64,000 nt of DNA from assembly GCA_035560005.1 (NCBI GenBank), contig DATMAN010000038.1, forward strand, positions 4,009-68,008, written 5' to 3'. Below are positions 53,851-63,410 of this stretch, piece after piece (the stretch's first letter is position 1; each line of letters opens with the position of its first letter). The notes below the pieces were generated by a model. That model had not been told where the DNA came from. It searched no databases and saw nothing but the letters and a program-made list of their open reading frames with translations. Origin of the DNA: Burkholderiales bacterium (GTDB taxonomy: Bacteria; Pseudomonadota; Gammaproteobacteria; Burkholderiales; Eutrophovitaceae). Made by a program: the position numbers and the translations under genes.

Positions 53851-55017
53851 ATGAGCAAGCGACGCGACTGCAGAGTGACCCGGATCGACACCTACATCGT
53901 GGGCGCCAGGTGGTGCAACTGGGTGTTCGCTCATGTGTTCACCGACGAGGGCCTGGACGGCATCGGCGAAGGCACCTGCGAGTTTCAGCCGCAGGCGGTG
54001 GAAGCGGCCATCCGGCAGCTCGCGCACAGGGTGGTCGTCGGCCAGTCGGCGTTTCGCATCGAGTGGTTGTGGCAGGAGATGTTCCGCAACGAGTTCGCGC
54101 GCGGCGGGCCGATCCTCAATTCGGCCATCGGCGCCATCGAGATGGCGCTGTGGGACATCGTCGGCAAGGCGCTGGACCGCCCGGTGTACGACCTGCTGGG
54201 CGGGATGGTGCGCGATCGCATTCCGGCCTATGCCAATGCCTGGTATGGGGCGGGCGCGAGCCTCGCGGAGATCGGCCGCGCGGCGACCGAAGTCGCGCGC
54301 AAGGGTTATCGCGGACTGAAGCTCGATCCGTTCGCCAATGCCGGCCGCGATCCGGACGCGAAGCTGATCGGCTCGGCGGTGGAGATGGTGGCTTGCACGC
54401 GCGACGCGGTCGGCCCGGAGGTCGACGTTCTGATCGATTGTCACGGCCGCTTCAGCCCCGGCTCGGCGATTGCCATCGCGCAGGCGCTGGAGCCCTGCCG
54501 GATCTACTGGATGGAAGAGCCCTGCGACCCGGAGAACGTTCAAGCGCTGGCCAAGGTCGGGCGCTCGATCCGCACCCGCCTCGCCACCGGAGAGCGCTGC
54601 TACACGAAGTACCACCTGCAAGCGCTGCTCGCCACCAACGAAGTCAGCGTGCTGCAGCCGGACCCGATTCACGTGGGCGGCATCCTGGAAGCAAAGAAAA
54701 TCGCCGCGATCGCCGACGCGGCCTATATCCCGGTGTCCTTCCACAATCCGTTCGGCCCAGTGGCCACCGCCGCCGCGCTGCAGCTCGATGCCTGCACCAC
54801 CAACTTCGTCATGCAGGAGTCGTTCTGCGAGTTTTCGCCACCGTGGCGTTTCGAGCTGGTCGAGCACCCGCCGCGTCCCAGGAACGGCGGTTACGATCTG
54901 TCGCCGCTGCCGGGCCTGGGCGTCGGCCGCTTCGTGCCCGAGGCGGCGATGAGCCATCCCTTCGATCCCAGCGCGTTCCTGCCGATGTGGAAGGGCGACT
55001 GGCGAAGGAGTCTGTAG
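53851..55017 (+). CDS. enolase-superfamily (mandelate racemase/muconate lactonising, sugar-acid dehydratase-like) enzyme
   Basis: GIGEGT, AIEMALWDIVGKALDRPVYDLLGG, YWMEEP, LATGER. Confidence 0.75.
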   Translation: MSKRRDCRVTRIDTYIVGARWCNWVFAHVFTDEGLDGIGEGTCEFQPQAVEAAIRQLAHRVVVGQSAFRIEWLWQEMFRNEFARGGPILNSAIGAIEMALWDIVGKALDRPVYDLLGGMVRDRIPAYANAWYGAGASLAEIGRAATEVARKGYRGLKLDPFANAGRDPDAKLIGSAVEMVACTRDAVGPEVDVLIDCHGRFSPGSAIAIAQALEPCRIYWMEEPCDPENVQALAKVGRSIRTRLATGERCYTKYHLQALLATNEVSVLQPDPIHVGGILEAKKIAAIADAAYIPVSFHNPFGPVATAAALQLDACTTNFVMQESFCEFSPPWRFELVEHPPRPRNGGYDLSPLPGLGVGRFVPEAAMSHPFDPSAFLPMWKGDWRRSL

Positions 55018-55641
55018 CGGAGCTCAGGCGACCGGCGGGCCGGGTGAGGGGTGAGAAGGGGAGGGAAAGGGTGCGACACAACTGCGCACGAGTCATCACG
55101 TCCCGCACCTCCGACGACGTCGGCCTTCAAGTATTTCGGCCGTTCGGAAGGAGCCGCATCGACCCCTGTCAAATGCCGGCTTGCAGGGCAGCAGAAGACG
55201 CTTCCGGGTCCTCCATCTTGCGCCAGAGCGGATGAAGGCGTCGGGGTCCCGCATCCGAGTTGTGGCCGATACCACAGTAAGTGGCGGCCCTTGCCCGTGA
55301 CGGGCAGGAATGGTCAGAGACAACTTCGAACGGAACCCCTCATGCTGCCGTCGGGTCCGTCTGCATCGGGACGGTGAGAACCGCCCCCTGGTCACCAGCT
55401 CCGCGACCCATCATCACCGGGACCCCGAGCCCACTTGAAAGTATAGGCGCTTCATCGCAGGGCGGTACCGGGATTTTTGGTGACCGAATGCACAGTGCCG
55501 CAACCCGCCGGCCATTTCCGGCGAGGTGCGCGTTACGCCCAAAGCGGGCACCAACTCACTGCGACATCGAAGATCTCAACGCGGCGGCGCGGAGGGGGCA
55601 TCCTCTGCACCTTGTTGTTGGGGGCGGCTCTTTGGAACGTT

Positions 55642-56949
55642 TCAGAGCCGTCCGCTGCGCTTGATGTCGATGTAGCTGTTCACCAGCGCAATCGGCAGCC
55701 GCTCGGGCTCGACGTCCACGCACACCGCACCGCCGCGCTCCAGGCTCCGGAAGATCAGCTCGCGCCGGCGCAGGTAATCGGCCGTGGCCGCGTGCGTGAG
55801 GGCGCGCTCGAAGGTGTCTGCGCGCGTGGCGAGCGCGCGGGACAGAATGCTCTCGCGCAGAGAGGCGAACAGGACCAGGTGGCGCGAATGCAGGAGCTTG
55901 AGCGCCGGCGCGAGCGCCTCGTCGTCCTCGTCGCGCAGGTTGGACAGCATCACCACGAGCGCGCGCTTGCGCGTGCGCTGCATGAGATCGACCGCCGCCT
56001 TGTAGTAATCGGTGGGCGCGAGCGTCGGGTGCAGGTCGTAGACGCGGTTCAGGATCAGGTTGATGGTCGCGCGCGACTTGCGCGGCGCGATCCAGCGCGG
56101 CTCCGCCGACATGGTCAGCAGTCCCACTGCGTCCCCCTGACGCAGGCTCACGTAGGCGAGCAGCAGCGCGGCGTTCACCACGTGGTCGAAGTGAGAAAGC
56201 GCGTCGTCCTTCGCCGCCATGCGCCGGCCGCAGTCGAGCATCAGCACCACCTGCTGATCGCGCTCGTCCTGGTACTCGCGGGAAATCAGCCGGGCCATGC
56301 GCACGCTCGCCTTCCAGTCGATCTGCCGGGGCGAGTCGCCCTCGCGATATTCGCGCAGTTGATGGAAATCGAGCCCTTCGCCGCGCCGCCGGCGTTGCAG
56401 CAGGCCGATCTGCGACAGCCGATGGTCGGTGGCGAGGATCGCGAAGTGGGTCAGCTCCGCGAAGTTCGGATAGACGCGCGCGGCCCGCGGTTCTCCGATC
56501 AGCACGTGGCGCTGCCACAACCGCAGGGGTGAGTCGACGCGTGCCTCGATTCGCCCGAACTGCATGTCGCCGCGCAGGACCGGGCGGAAGCGGTACCTGA
56601 TCTCGGCCCAGCCTCGCGCGGGGACCGTGACCCTTCGTGGCAATCCCTCGACCTCCGCGCCCGATGGATGGTGATCGTGCACCGCGACACCGAGCGCCCG
56701 AGCACCGCCGTTGGCCAGACGCAAGGACACCTCGTGGCCCACGCCGAGGGGCAGCGAAGCCGGCATTACGCGGCGTCCGAGCAGCGGTGGCAGGCGCCGC
56801 GCGGCCATGGCGTCGCCGAGAACCCCCGTCCCCAGCAGAGCGCAGGCCGCGAACCAAGCCGGCAGCGCCACCGGCCAGATCGAGGCCGCGATGCCGCCTG
56901 CGGTGAGGGCACCCGTCAGCCAGAGCAGTCGCGGAGCCGGAATCAGCAT
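55642..56949 (-). CDS. DUF58 (vWA-like) protein
   Basis: ORF trimmed to MLIPAPRLLWLTG. GEGLDFHQLREYREGDSPRQIDWKASVR is the DUF58 signature. Confidence 0.7.
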   Translation of the reverse strand: MLIPAPRLLWLTGALTAGGIAASIWPVALPAWFAACALLGTGVLGDAMAARRLPPLLGRRVMPASLPLGVGHEVSLRLANGGARALGVAVHDHHPSGAEVEGLPRRVTVPARGWAEIRYRFRPVLRGDMQFGRIEARVDSPLRLWQRHVLIGEPRAARVYPNFAELTHFAILATDHRLSQIGLLQRRRRGEGLDFHQLREYREGDSPRQIDWKASVRMARLISREYQDERDQQVVLMLDCGRRMAAKDDALSHFDHVVNAALLLAYVSLRQGDAVGLLTMSAEPRWIAPRKSRATINLILNRVYDLHPTLAPTDYYKAAVDLMQRTRKRALVVMLSNLRDEDDEALAPALKLLHSRHLVLFASLRESILSRALATRADTFERALTHAATADYLRRRELIFRSLERGGAVCVDVEPERLPIALVNSYIDIKRSGRL

Positions 56950-56964
56950 CTGAACTTGCCGGCG

Positions 56965-57040
56965 CTGCTCACTGTGTGTTCTTCGCGTCTTGTTGCCTTT
57001 GTGGTGACATCCGATCTCCGCTTTGTCTTCGGCGCTCGCA
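56965..57040. repeat. half-copy/remnant of the palindromic repeat family, copy 11
   Basis: TTCTTCGCGTCTTGTTGCCTTTGTGGTGACATCCGATCTCCGC parallels the right half of copy 3 (CTTCGTGCCTTTGTGGTGAATTCCCGATCTGTCC). Confidence 0.5.
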
Positions 57041-57043
57041 GCG

Positions 57044-58024
57044 CTAGACCCGGGGTGCCTCGACTTTTTCCAGCAGGCCCTTGAGCAGCGTGTCGCTGGT
57101 GTGGCCTTCGATTTCCATTTCCGGCGCGGGGGTGACGCGATGACGCAGGGCGGGCAGCACCATGCGCTTGACGTCGTCGGGCGTGACGTAGCTGCGTCCC
57201 GCCGCGAGCGCCGCGGCGCGCGCCGCCCGCGCCAGCGCGATGCCGCCGCGCGGTCCGGCTCCGGCGGCCACACCGTTCCAGGCGCGCGTCGCGCGCACGA
57301 TGCGCACCAGGTAGTCCATCACCTGATCGTCGATCCGCACCGCCGCCGCCATGCGCTGCAACCAGATCACGTGCTCGGGCTGGATCAGCGCGCGCACCGC
57401 CTCCACGTTGAGCCGTTCGCCGACCTGGCTCAGCGCCACGCGCCTGACCATCGCGATCTCCTCGTCGACCGGGGGATAGTCGATGCGCACCTTGAGCAGA
57501 AAGCGGTCGAGCTGTGCTTCGGGCAGCGCGTAGGTGCCTTCCTGCTCGATCGGGTTCTGTGTGGCGAGCACCATGAACGGCGGCTCCAGCGCGTGCGACA
57601 CGCCCTCGATCGTGACCTGCCCTTCCTGCATGACCTCGAGCAGCGCGGCCTGCGTCTTGGCCGGTGCGCGGTTGATCTCGTCGGCGAGCAGCAGATGGGT
57701 GAAGACCGGGCCGCGCCGGGTGGTGAACTGGCCGGTCTTCTGGTCGTAGAGGGTGTGGCCGGTCACGTCCGCCGGCATCAGGTCGGGCGTGAACTGGATG
57801 CGCGCGAAGCGCCCGCCGAAAGTCCTGGCGAGGGCGCGTACGAGCAGCGTCTTGCCCAGTCCGGGCACGCCCTCGATCAGCACGTGCCCGGCCGCGAACA
57901 GCGCCGCGAGCACCTGTTCCACGACCTCGGACTGTCCGACCATCGCGCGGCCGATCTCCTCCTGGATCACGCGCGTGGTGTCGGCGGCTTTCTTCCACTG
58001 CTCGTCGGGTATCGAGGTCGTCAT
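57044..58024 (-). CDS. MoxR-family AAA+ ATPase
   Basis: Walker A GVPGLGKT. LLADEINRAPAKTQAALLEVMQE. ATGA overlap with the upstream stop. Confidence 0.85.
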   Translation of the reverse strand: MTTSIPDEQWKKAADTTRVIQEEIGRAMVGQSEVVEQVLAALFAAGHVLIEGVPGLGKTLLVRALARTFGGRFARIQFTPDLMPADVTGHTLYDQKTGQFTTRRGPVFTHLLLADEINRAPAKTQAALLEVMQEGQVTIEGVSHALEPPFMVLATQNPIEQEGTYALPEAQLDRFLLKVRIDYPPVDEEIAMVRRVALSQVGERLNVEAVRALIQPEHVIWLQRMAAAVRIDDQVMDYLVRIVRATRAWNGVAAGAGPRGGIALARAARAAALAAGRSYVTPDDVKRMVLPALRHRVTPAPEMEIEGHTSDTLLKGLLEKVEAPRV

Positions 58025-59193
58025 CCCGTTCTCCGTGTCGGTCGCCGGCTCAAGGTGCGCCGGGCCAGTTTTTCGTGAATGTCCTGGTAGAGGCGGATCG
58101 TGTGCAGAAAATCGGCCATTCGCACGCTGCCGGGCGCGCGGAGCAGGCGACGCGCCTGCTCGGGTTCGAGCCCGAACAGTTGGACCAGGCGCGCTTCGCG
58201 CTGCGCTTCCGGTGTGGCGAGCAGATCGGGATGCGCGCGGGTCACGCGGCGCAGGCAGGCTTCGCGCGCCGCTTCCAGCAACCCCGCGCCGCCGCCGCTG
58301 GACCAGAGGAAGCGGCCGCTCGCGCGCAGGTGATCGAGCAAGCGCCTGCGCTGGCGCTCGGGATCGGCTTGTGCCGGGCCCAAGCGCGGGGCGACCCGCC
58401 AGAGCCAGAGCAGCAGCAGCGCGGTCCCCGCGCTCAAGGCAGGCCAGGCATGGGTGCGCAGCCACCCGGCAAGCGACAACGCCCGCGGGTTGTGGAAGAA
58501 GAGCACCTCGCGACTCTCCGGATGCAATTGCACGAGGCGCCACAGGAACTCGGCGTGGTCGTGCTCGCCGATGAAACGGTTGGTGATGCCGGTGAGGTCG
58601 TTCGCCACGGTGACCAGGCCGCGCCCGCGCTCGATCAGCAGCAGGGTCGTGGCGTAGTCCCCGCCGAAGCTCGCCAGTGCCGTCTCGGCGTCGACCGAAA
58701 ACGACTGGACCATGCGAACGGTCACCGGCGATCCGCCTTGCGGCAGCGCGATCTCCACGGTCTGCGACACGGCCCCCTCTACGTTTTCTCCGGGCTCGGG
58801 AACCTCGATCGCGCTGCGTTTCACGCCCAGCGCGTCGAGCAGCGGATCGGGCTCGTGCACCGGCTCGGCTTCCACGATCAAATGCCCGCCCTGCTCGACC
58901 CAGCGTAGCAGCTCCGCGCGCGGCCACAGTGCGATCGCCTGGCGTGCCTGCGGCAATACCAAGGTGGCCGATGGCGGCAGCGCGCGCAGTTCCGGCAGCG
59001 CCTTCACGGCCTGCGCTTGAATGCCCATGCGCTGCAGCAGCCGCTGCGCCGCGAGATAGCGGTTGGTGCGTGCCTCGCCCTGGAAACCGACGCGCACTTT
59101 CGCGGTCGTGCGCTCGAAGTTGGCCAAGAACCAGGCTGTCGCCGACAGGCCCAGCACGACCACGAGCAGCGCGATCAGAATCCGCCGGCTCAC
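58021..59193 (-). CDS. DUF4350-like membrane-anchored protein
   Basis: N-terminal TM helix ILIALLVVVLGLSATAWFL. Position between DUF4129 and MoxR as in the remembered conserved module. GTGA overlap. Confidence 0.5.
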   Translation of the reverse strand: MSRRILIALLVVVLGLSATAWFLANFERTTAKVRVGFQGEARTNRYLAAQRLLQRMGIQAQAVKALPELRALPPSATLVLPQARQAIALWPRAELLRWVEQGGHLIVEAEPVHEPDPLLDALGVKRSAIEVPEPGENVEGAVSQTVEIALPQGGSPVTVRMVQSFSVDAETALASFGGDYATTLLLIERGRGLVTVANDLTGITNRFIGEHDHAEFLWRLVQLHPESREVLFFHNPRALSLAGWLRTHAWPALSAGTALLLLWLWRVAPRLGPAQADPERQRRRLLDHLRASGRFLWSSGGGAGLLEAAREACLRRVTRAHPDLLATPEAQREARLVQLFGLEPEQARRLLRAPGSVRMADFLHTIRLYQDIHEKLARRTLSRRPTRRTG

Positions 59194-60650
59194 GACGGTG
59201 CCTGCGGGGAAAAATGGTCGCGCCAGCCCTCACACAAGCTTTGCAGCAGCGCCGCCTCCGGCGTACGGGCGGCATAGGCCGCGCTCTGCCAGACGCGGAC
59301 CAGCTCCGCAAAGTAGCCAAAGGCCGTGGGCGTCAGCGCCCCATGGGCGGCGCGCATGCAATCCGCTTCCGTGTGGCCGGCGGCCAGTGCCACATGATGA
59401 CGATGCACGAGCGCGGACAGCGCGCCGCGGTACAGCAGCGACAAAGCCTCACGCGGGCGGCCTTCCTGCGCCAGGCGCGCGGCGCTGCCTGCGACGTCCG
59501 CGGGCAGCGATTGCGGTGCGAGCTCCAGTCCGAAGAGCGCGGCCGGGGGCCGGTAGGCTTCGGCGCGCAGGCGCGGCTCGGGAATGAAGCGTGGCAGGTA
59601 AAACAGCGCCAGCAGCAGCGCGACCGCGGCGAAGATCCAGAGCGCGTGTTGCGCGACGGCGCCGAACAACCAGCCCAGATTCGCCCAGAACGGGTTCCAG
59701 CGCCGCTGCTTGCGCCGCTCTTCACCCAAGTAGCGCCAGCCTGTGATTTCGCGGTACTGCGAGAACTCCGGGCTTTCGAGCACTGCCACGATTTCTTCCT
59801 GTGCGGATCTTTCGGCCGCGTGCGCCGGTGTCGGCCCCACAATCGCCGGGCCCGCGATCAGCGCCGTAGCCAGAACCAGGCAAGCGGCGCGCGCGCCGAG
59901 CCGCAACCGCTCCTCCAGGCGGCGCAACTGCAGCTCGATGTCCCAGCCTTCCAGGATCGCGCGCCGGTTCAGATACAGCGAGAATCCGGCGCTGACGTAG
60001 AACGGTTCGATCAGACACACAGCGGCGAAGTAGTAGAGCGCGTCGGAGAGTGTCCAGCCGCCAAACGCTTCCCAGAAAGCGAGCTGCTCCGGTTCGGCTT
60101 GGTCGGGACCGAGTTCGCTGATCGACGGTTCGAGCATGCGCATCAGTGCGTAGAGGGCGAACATCGCGACCCATTCCAGGTGCACGCACACCACGGTCAG
60201 CCATACTGCGTAGCCGCGCATGCGACCGCCGAGCGCGCGCCGCCTGCGCTGGCCCGCGACGCCGGTCTGTTTTTCGAGCTGCCAAACCGGCAGCGCGAAC
60301 GAGCGCGCGAGATCGAACCGGTAGAGCGTGAGCGCCGCCAGCAGGCCCGGGTGCAACCAGTCGCGCGCCGCGGCGAGCGCGGCGCGCACGCCCGGCGGCT
60401 CGCCGAACACCGCCCGGCTCGCCACGTGCAGCACCGCGCGGTCGAACAGCGGCTTGAGCCACCACAGCGCGAGCACCGCGTGAAGCGGCTTGGAAAAAAG
60501 GAGCAGCGCAATCGCGGCGGCCGGCAAGTAAAGCGCGAGCCACACGCTCCAGATAGGACGCCACCACTTGCGCCCCATCTGGAAACCGAGGTCCAGCGCT
60601 TCCCATCCTGCGCGCGGCCGCAGCGCGACCTCCAGGTGCTCAAGTCGCAC
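59190..60650 (-). CDS. DUF4129-like membrane protein
   Basis: Multi-TM N-terminus. C-terminal LLYRGALSALVHRH...HTEADC region resembling DUF4129. Confidence 0.5.
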   Translation of the reverse strand: MRLEHLEVALRPRAGWEALDLGFQMGRKWWRPIWSVWLALYLPAAAIALLLFSKPLHAVLALWWLKPLFDRAVLHVASRAVFGEPPGVRAALAAARDWLHPGLLAALTLYRFDLARSFALPVWQLEKQTGVAGQRRRRALGGRMRGYAVWLTVVCVHLEWVAMFALYALMRMLEPSISELGPDQAEPEQLAFWEAFGGWTLSDALYYFAAVCLIEPFYVSAGFSLYLNRRAILEGWDIELQLRRLEERLRLGARAACLVLATALIAGPAIVGPTPAHAAERSAQEEIVAVLESPEFSQYREITGWRYLGEERRKQRRWNPFWANLGWLFGAVAQHALWIFAAVALLLALFYLPRFIPEPRLRAEAYRPPAALFGLELAPQSLPADVAGSAARLAQEGRPREALSLLYRGALSALVHRHHVALAAGHTEADCMRAAHGALTPTAFGYFAELVRVWQSAAYAARTPEAALLQSLCEGWRDHFSPQAPS

Positions 60651-61623
60651 GGGCGCGCCCCGCCAGGCTGAAATAGGCCAGCACGAGCGCCCACAGCGCA
60701 GCGCCGACCAAGTACTTGGTGGACGGCGAAAACGTCGTGAGCGGTGACCAGAATCCCTCGACGAAGGCGGCCATGACGAACATCAGCGCCGCACCGTAGA
60801 CGAGGCGCGCCGCCGGCCTGGCCGCCTCGACCAGTGCGGTCCTGCGCGAACGAAGTCCCGGAGCGATCACGGCGCCGCCGAGCTTCAGCCCCGCCGCGCC
60901 CGCGATGACGATCGCCGTCAGCTCCAGCGCGCTGTGCCCGGATACGAAAGACCAGAAAGGCTCTCCGTAACCGATCCCGGTCAGGTAGGCTGCGACCGCA
61001 CCGATCAGCGCGCCGTTGTAGAGCAAAAAGAACACCGTGCCCATGCCGAACAGCACGCCGGTGGCGAACACCTGGAAGCCGATCTTGACGTTGTTCCAGA
61101 TGTAGAACGCGAACATCATCACGTTGTCCTCGCCCTCGCGCATGCCGAGACGCTGGTTCTTCGGATCGTACATTTCCTGGAAGGCGGAGATGTGCTCCGG
61201 CTCGACCAGATAAATGATGAAGTCCGGCTTACTCAGCACGACCCCGAACAGCAACGCGAGCGAGCCCATGAACAGCACCGCCGCGGCGAGGATCACCCGC
61301 CATTGCGCCCGCACCAGTCGCGGGAATCCGGCGGCCAGGAACATCCATAGCCGCGCCGATTGGCCGCCGCGCGCCCCGTAGAGCACATGATGCCCGCGCA
61401 GCGCCAGCCGGTTCAGATGCTCGACGAGATCGGGGCTGTACCGGCGCTCGCGGGCCAGCGCCAGCCACTGGCACAGCCGACGATATGCCGCCGGGACTTC
61501 GGCGTCCTGCAACGCATCGGCAGCTTCGCCCTGTCTGCCGCGCAGCTTCTCGCGCCGGTCGAGCCACTGCTCGAAGCGCGTCCACTGCGGCCCGTAGCGC
61601 TCCTCGAACAGCGCCTGTTTCAT
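60640..61623 (-). CDS. SpoIIM-like (DUF95) membrane protein
   Basis: Soluble N-terminus then about 6 TM helices with the NNVKIGFQVFATG and SGHSALELTAIVIAGAAG motifs. Confidence 0.6.
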   Translation of the reverse strand: MKQALFEERYGPQWTRFEQWLDRREKLRGRQGEAADALQDAEVPAAYRRLCQWLALARERRYSPDLVEHLNRLALRGHHVLYGARGGQSARLWMFLAAGFPRLVRAQWRVILAAAVLFMGSLALLFGVVLSKPDFIIYLVEPEHISAFQEMYDPKNQRLGMREGEDNVMMFAFYIWNNVKIGFQVFATGVLFGMGTVFFLLYNGALIGAVAAYLTGIGYGEPFWSFVSGHSALELTAIVIAGAAGLKLGGAVIAPGLRSRRTALVEAARPAARLVYGAALMFVMAAFVEGFWSPLTTFSPSTKYLVGAALWALVLAYFSLAGRARAT

Positions 61624-62303
61624 CTGCGGCCCACCAGGTGATTGGCCACACCGATCAGATAGGTTACCGCCCGCTCGGCGTGCCGGGCGCCGGTCAGCGT
61701 GGGGACGAGCCCGGCCAGTTCCTGCGCGCGCTCGGGCGTGAGACCGCCGGCACGCTCGGCGAAGTCGAGCACTGCGCGCTGCTCGGCGATGGATAAGGCG
61801 CGGCCGGGCACGAGCGGCTCGGCGTGCGGAATCTGTAGAGCGCGCGGCCGTTCTTCGCGATAGACCACCAGCGTGTCGGCCGCGAGGTCGCCGAGACGCT
61901 TGAAGTCACGGCTCGTGACCATGGACAGGAAGCCGAGAAAATAGAGGAAGGGCAGGAAATCCGCAGCGCGCAGGAGGTTGCGCGTCAACGCGGCCGGCCA
62001 GCGCACCGGCGTGCCGTCGTCGCTCAGGACCCTGATGCCGAGCATGCGCTTGCCCGGCGTCGCGCCGCTGCACGCGACTTCGAACCACGCCGGGTAGAGC
62101 CACTCGAGAAAGAAGGCGGCGAGCAGCATGATGGCCGCGCCGAACTTCTGCAGCGCGCCGGCGACCATGCCGATGATCAGCAACAGCACCGCGCGCAGGA
62201 TGAGATCAACGCTCCAGGCGAGCGCGCGGGGAACCGGTCCCGCGAGCCGCAGTGTCAGTTCAATGCCTTCGGGCGTGGCAATGCGGCGCGCGGTGTCCAG
62301 CAC
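61620..62303 (-). CDS. RDD family membrane protein
   Basis: ALAWSVDLILRAVLL and GATPGKRMLGIRV motifs. GTG start. Confidence 0.65.
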   Translation of the reverse strand: MLDTARRIATPEGIELTLRLAGPVPRALAWSVDLILRAVLLLIIGMVAGALQKFGAAIMLLAAFFLEWLYPAWFEVACSGATPGKRMLGIRVLSDDGTPVRWPAALTRNLLRAADFLPFLYFLGFLSMVTSRDFKRLGDLAADTLVVYREERPRALQIPHAEPLVPGRALSIAEQRAVLDFAERAGGLTPERAQELAGLVPTLTGARHAERAVTYLIGVANHLVGRR

Positions 62304-62315
62304 AGCCTGGCGAAC

Positions 62316-63104
62316 TCAGCCTGCGTAGAAGATGTCCCGGTAAGCGGTGTAGACCGAGGCGAGCAGGACGGGCCCCAGCAGCAGCCAGCCGAGGAGCAAC
62401 GGGACGGAAGCCAGGATCCCCAGCACGAACATCACCGCGCCCCATACCAGAAACGGAAGGATATTTTTCAGGCAGGCGAAGAAGCTGGCCTTCAGGGCCG
62501 CGCCCACCTCGAAGTTGTTGAGCGTGATGAGCGGCGTGGAAAACCAGATCGCCATGTAGATCGGGATGCTCAATCCGACCATGATCAGCATGGCGATCAG
62601 CACGCCGGCCATGCCCGTGCGGATCTGTTCGGGCGAAGGCTCGCTGCCCCCCGTCATGATGCTCATCATGCTGAAGCCGAAAATCACTGCGAGCACCAGG
62701 AAGATCACGATGAACGCGACCAGCGTGAAGACGCCGACCGCGACGAGTTTGCCGGTATGGGTCTTGAAGCCGGCGAACAGGTGCCCGACTTCCAGGCGTT
62801 CGCCTGTGCGCTGCGCCTCGCAGCCGAGCATGATCCCGCCGTAGAACACCGGGGTGAGCAGCGCCAGCAGCAGCGAACCGAGGAACGGAATGAAGCTCAG
62901 CACGAGGACGATCACGACAAAGACAAGGAACAGCCCGATCCAGGTGCCGCGCTGCCGCCTGTTCAGTTCCCATGCCTGGCCGATCCACGACCATCCGTTG
63001 CCGGCCGAGACGCCCCGGCCCTCGGGAATGAAGCTGCCATCGGGCGTGCGGATGGTGACGTCGGCAACATGCGCTTTCGGTGCCGCGTAAGGGTCGGTTG
63101 CCAT
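62316..63104 (-). CDS. polytopic membrane protein (BPSS1780/DUF2189-like)
   Basis: ORF trimmed to MATDPYAAPKA. Six hydrophobic helices. Confidence 0.5.
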   Translation of the reverse strand: MATDPYAAPKAHVADVTIRTPDGSFIPEGRGVSAGNGWSWIGQAWELNRRQRGTWIGLFLVFVVIVLVLSFIPFLGSLLLALLTPVFYGGIMLGCEAQRTGERLEVGHLFAGFKTHTGKLVAVGVFTLVAFIVIFLVLAVIFGFSMMSIMTGGSEPSPEQIRTGMAGVLIAMLIMVGLSIPIYMAIWFSTPLITLNNFEVGAALKASFFACLKNILPFLVWGAVMFVLGILASVPLLLGWLLLGPVLLASVYTAYRDIFYAG

Positions 63105-63260
63105 GCGTTGCTCCTCGCGAGAGTCAGCTCGGCTGACGGGCTGCCATCCTAAGTGAGCGCGGCGATGCCGCGCAAGCATCGCCGGCGACAGTCCCGCGCG
63201 CATCAATCCGGTGTCATGGCAGCGGAAGCAAGGCCAAAGGAGAAGCGCGACCCCGAGGCT

Positions 63261-63410
63261 TTACGCTTTTCCGGAGACAGCTCGGCCGTCGACATCCCAC
63301 AAGGACACTGCCGCGCCGGACTCGAGGCACTTGCCGGCGATGGCGAGTCCGAGTCCGCGCGCCGCTCCGGTCACGATCGCAACACGGTTGTGGAGGTCGA
63401 TCCTGTTCAT
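63261..63410 (-). pseudogene. truncated SDR N-terminal fragment (49 codons)
   Basis: Minus-strand MNRIDLHNRVAIVTGAARGLGLAIAGKCLESGAAVSLWDVDGRAVSGKA then TAA. Only the Rossmann TGxxxGxG part of an SDR is present. Confidence 0.4.

Noticed and set aside
55018-55641. A 620-bp stretch with no convincing gene. One minus-strand frame reads ...ATYCGIGHNSDAG, reminiscent of a CuA loop.
   Set aside because: The first Cys and the Met of a CuA motif are absent, the frame is broken by stops, and the similarity is too short. It is left unannotated as possible decayed DNA.
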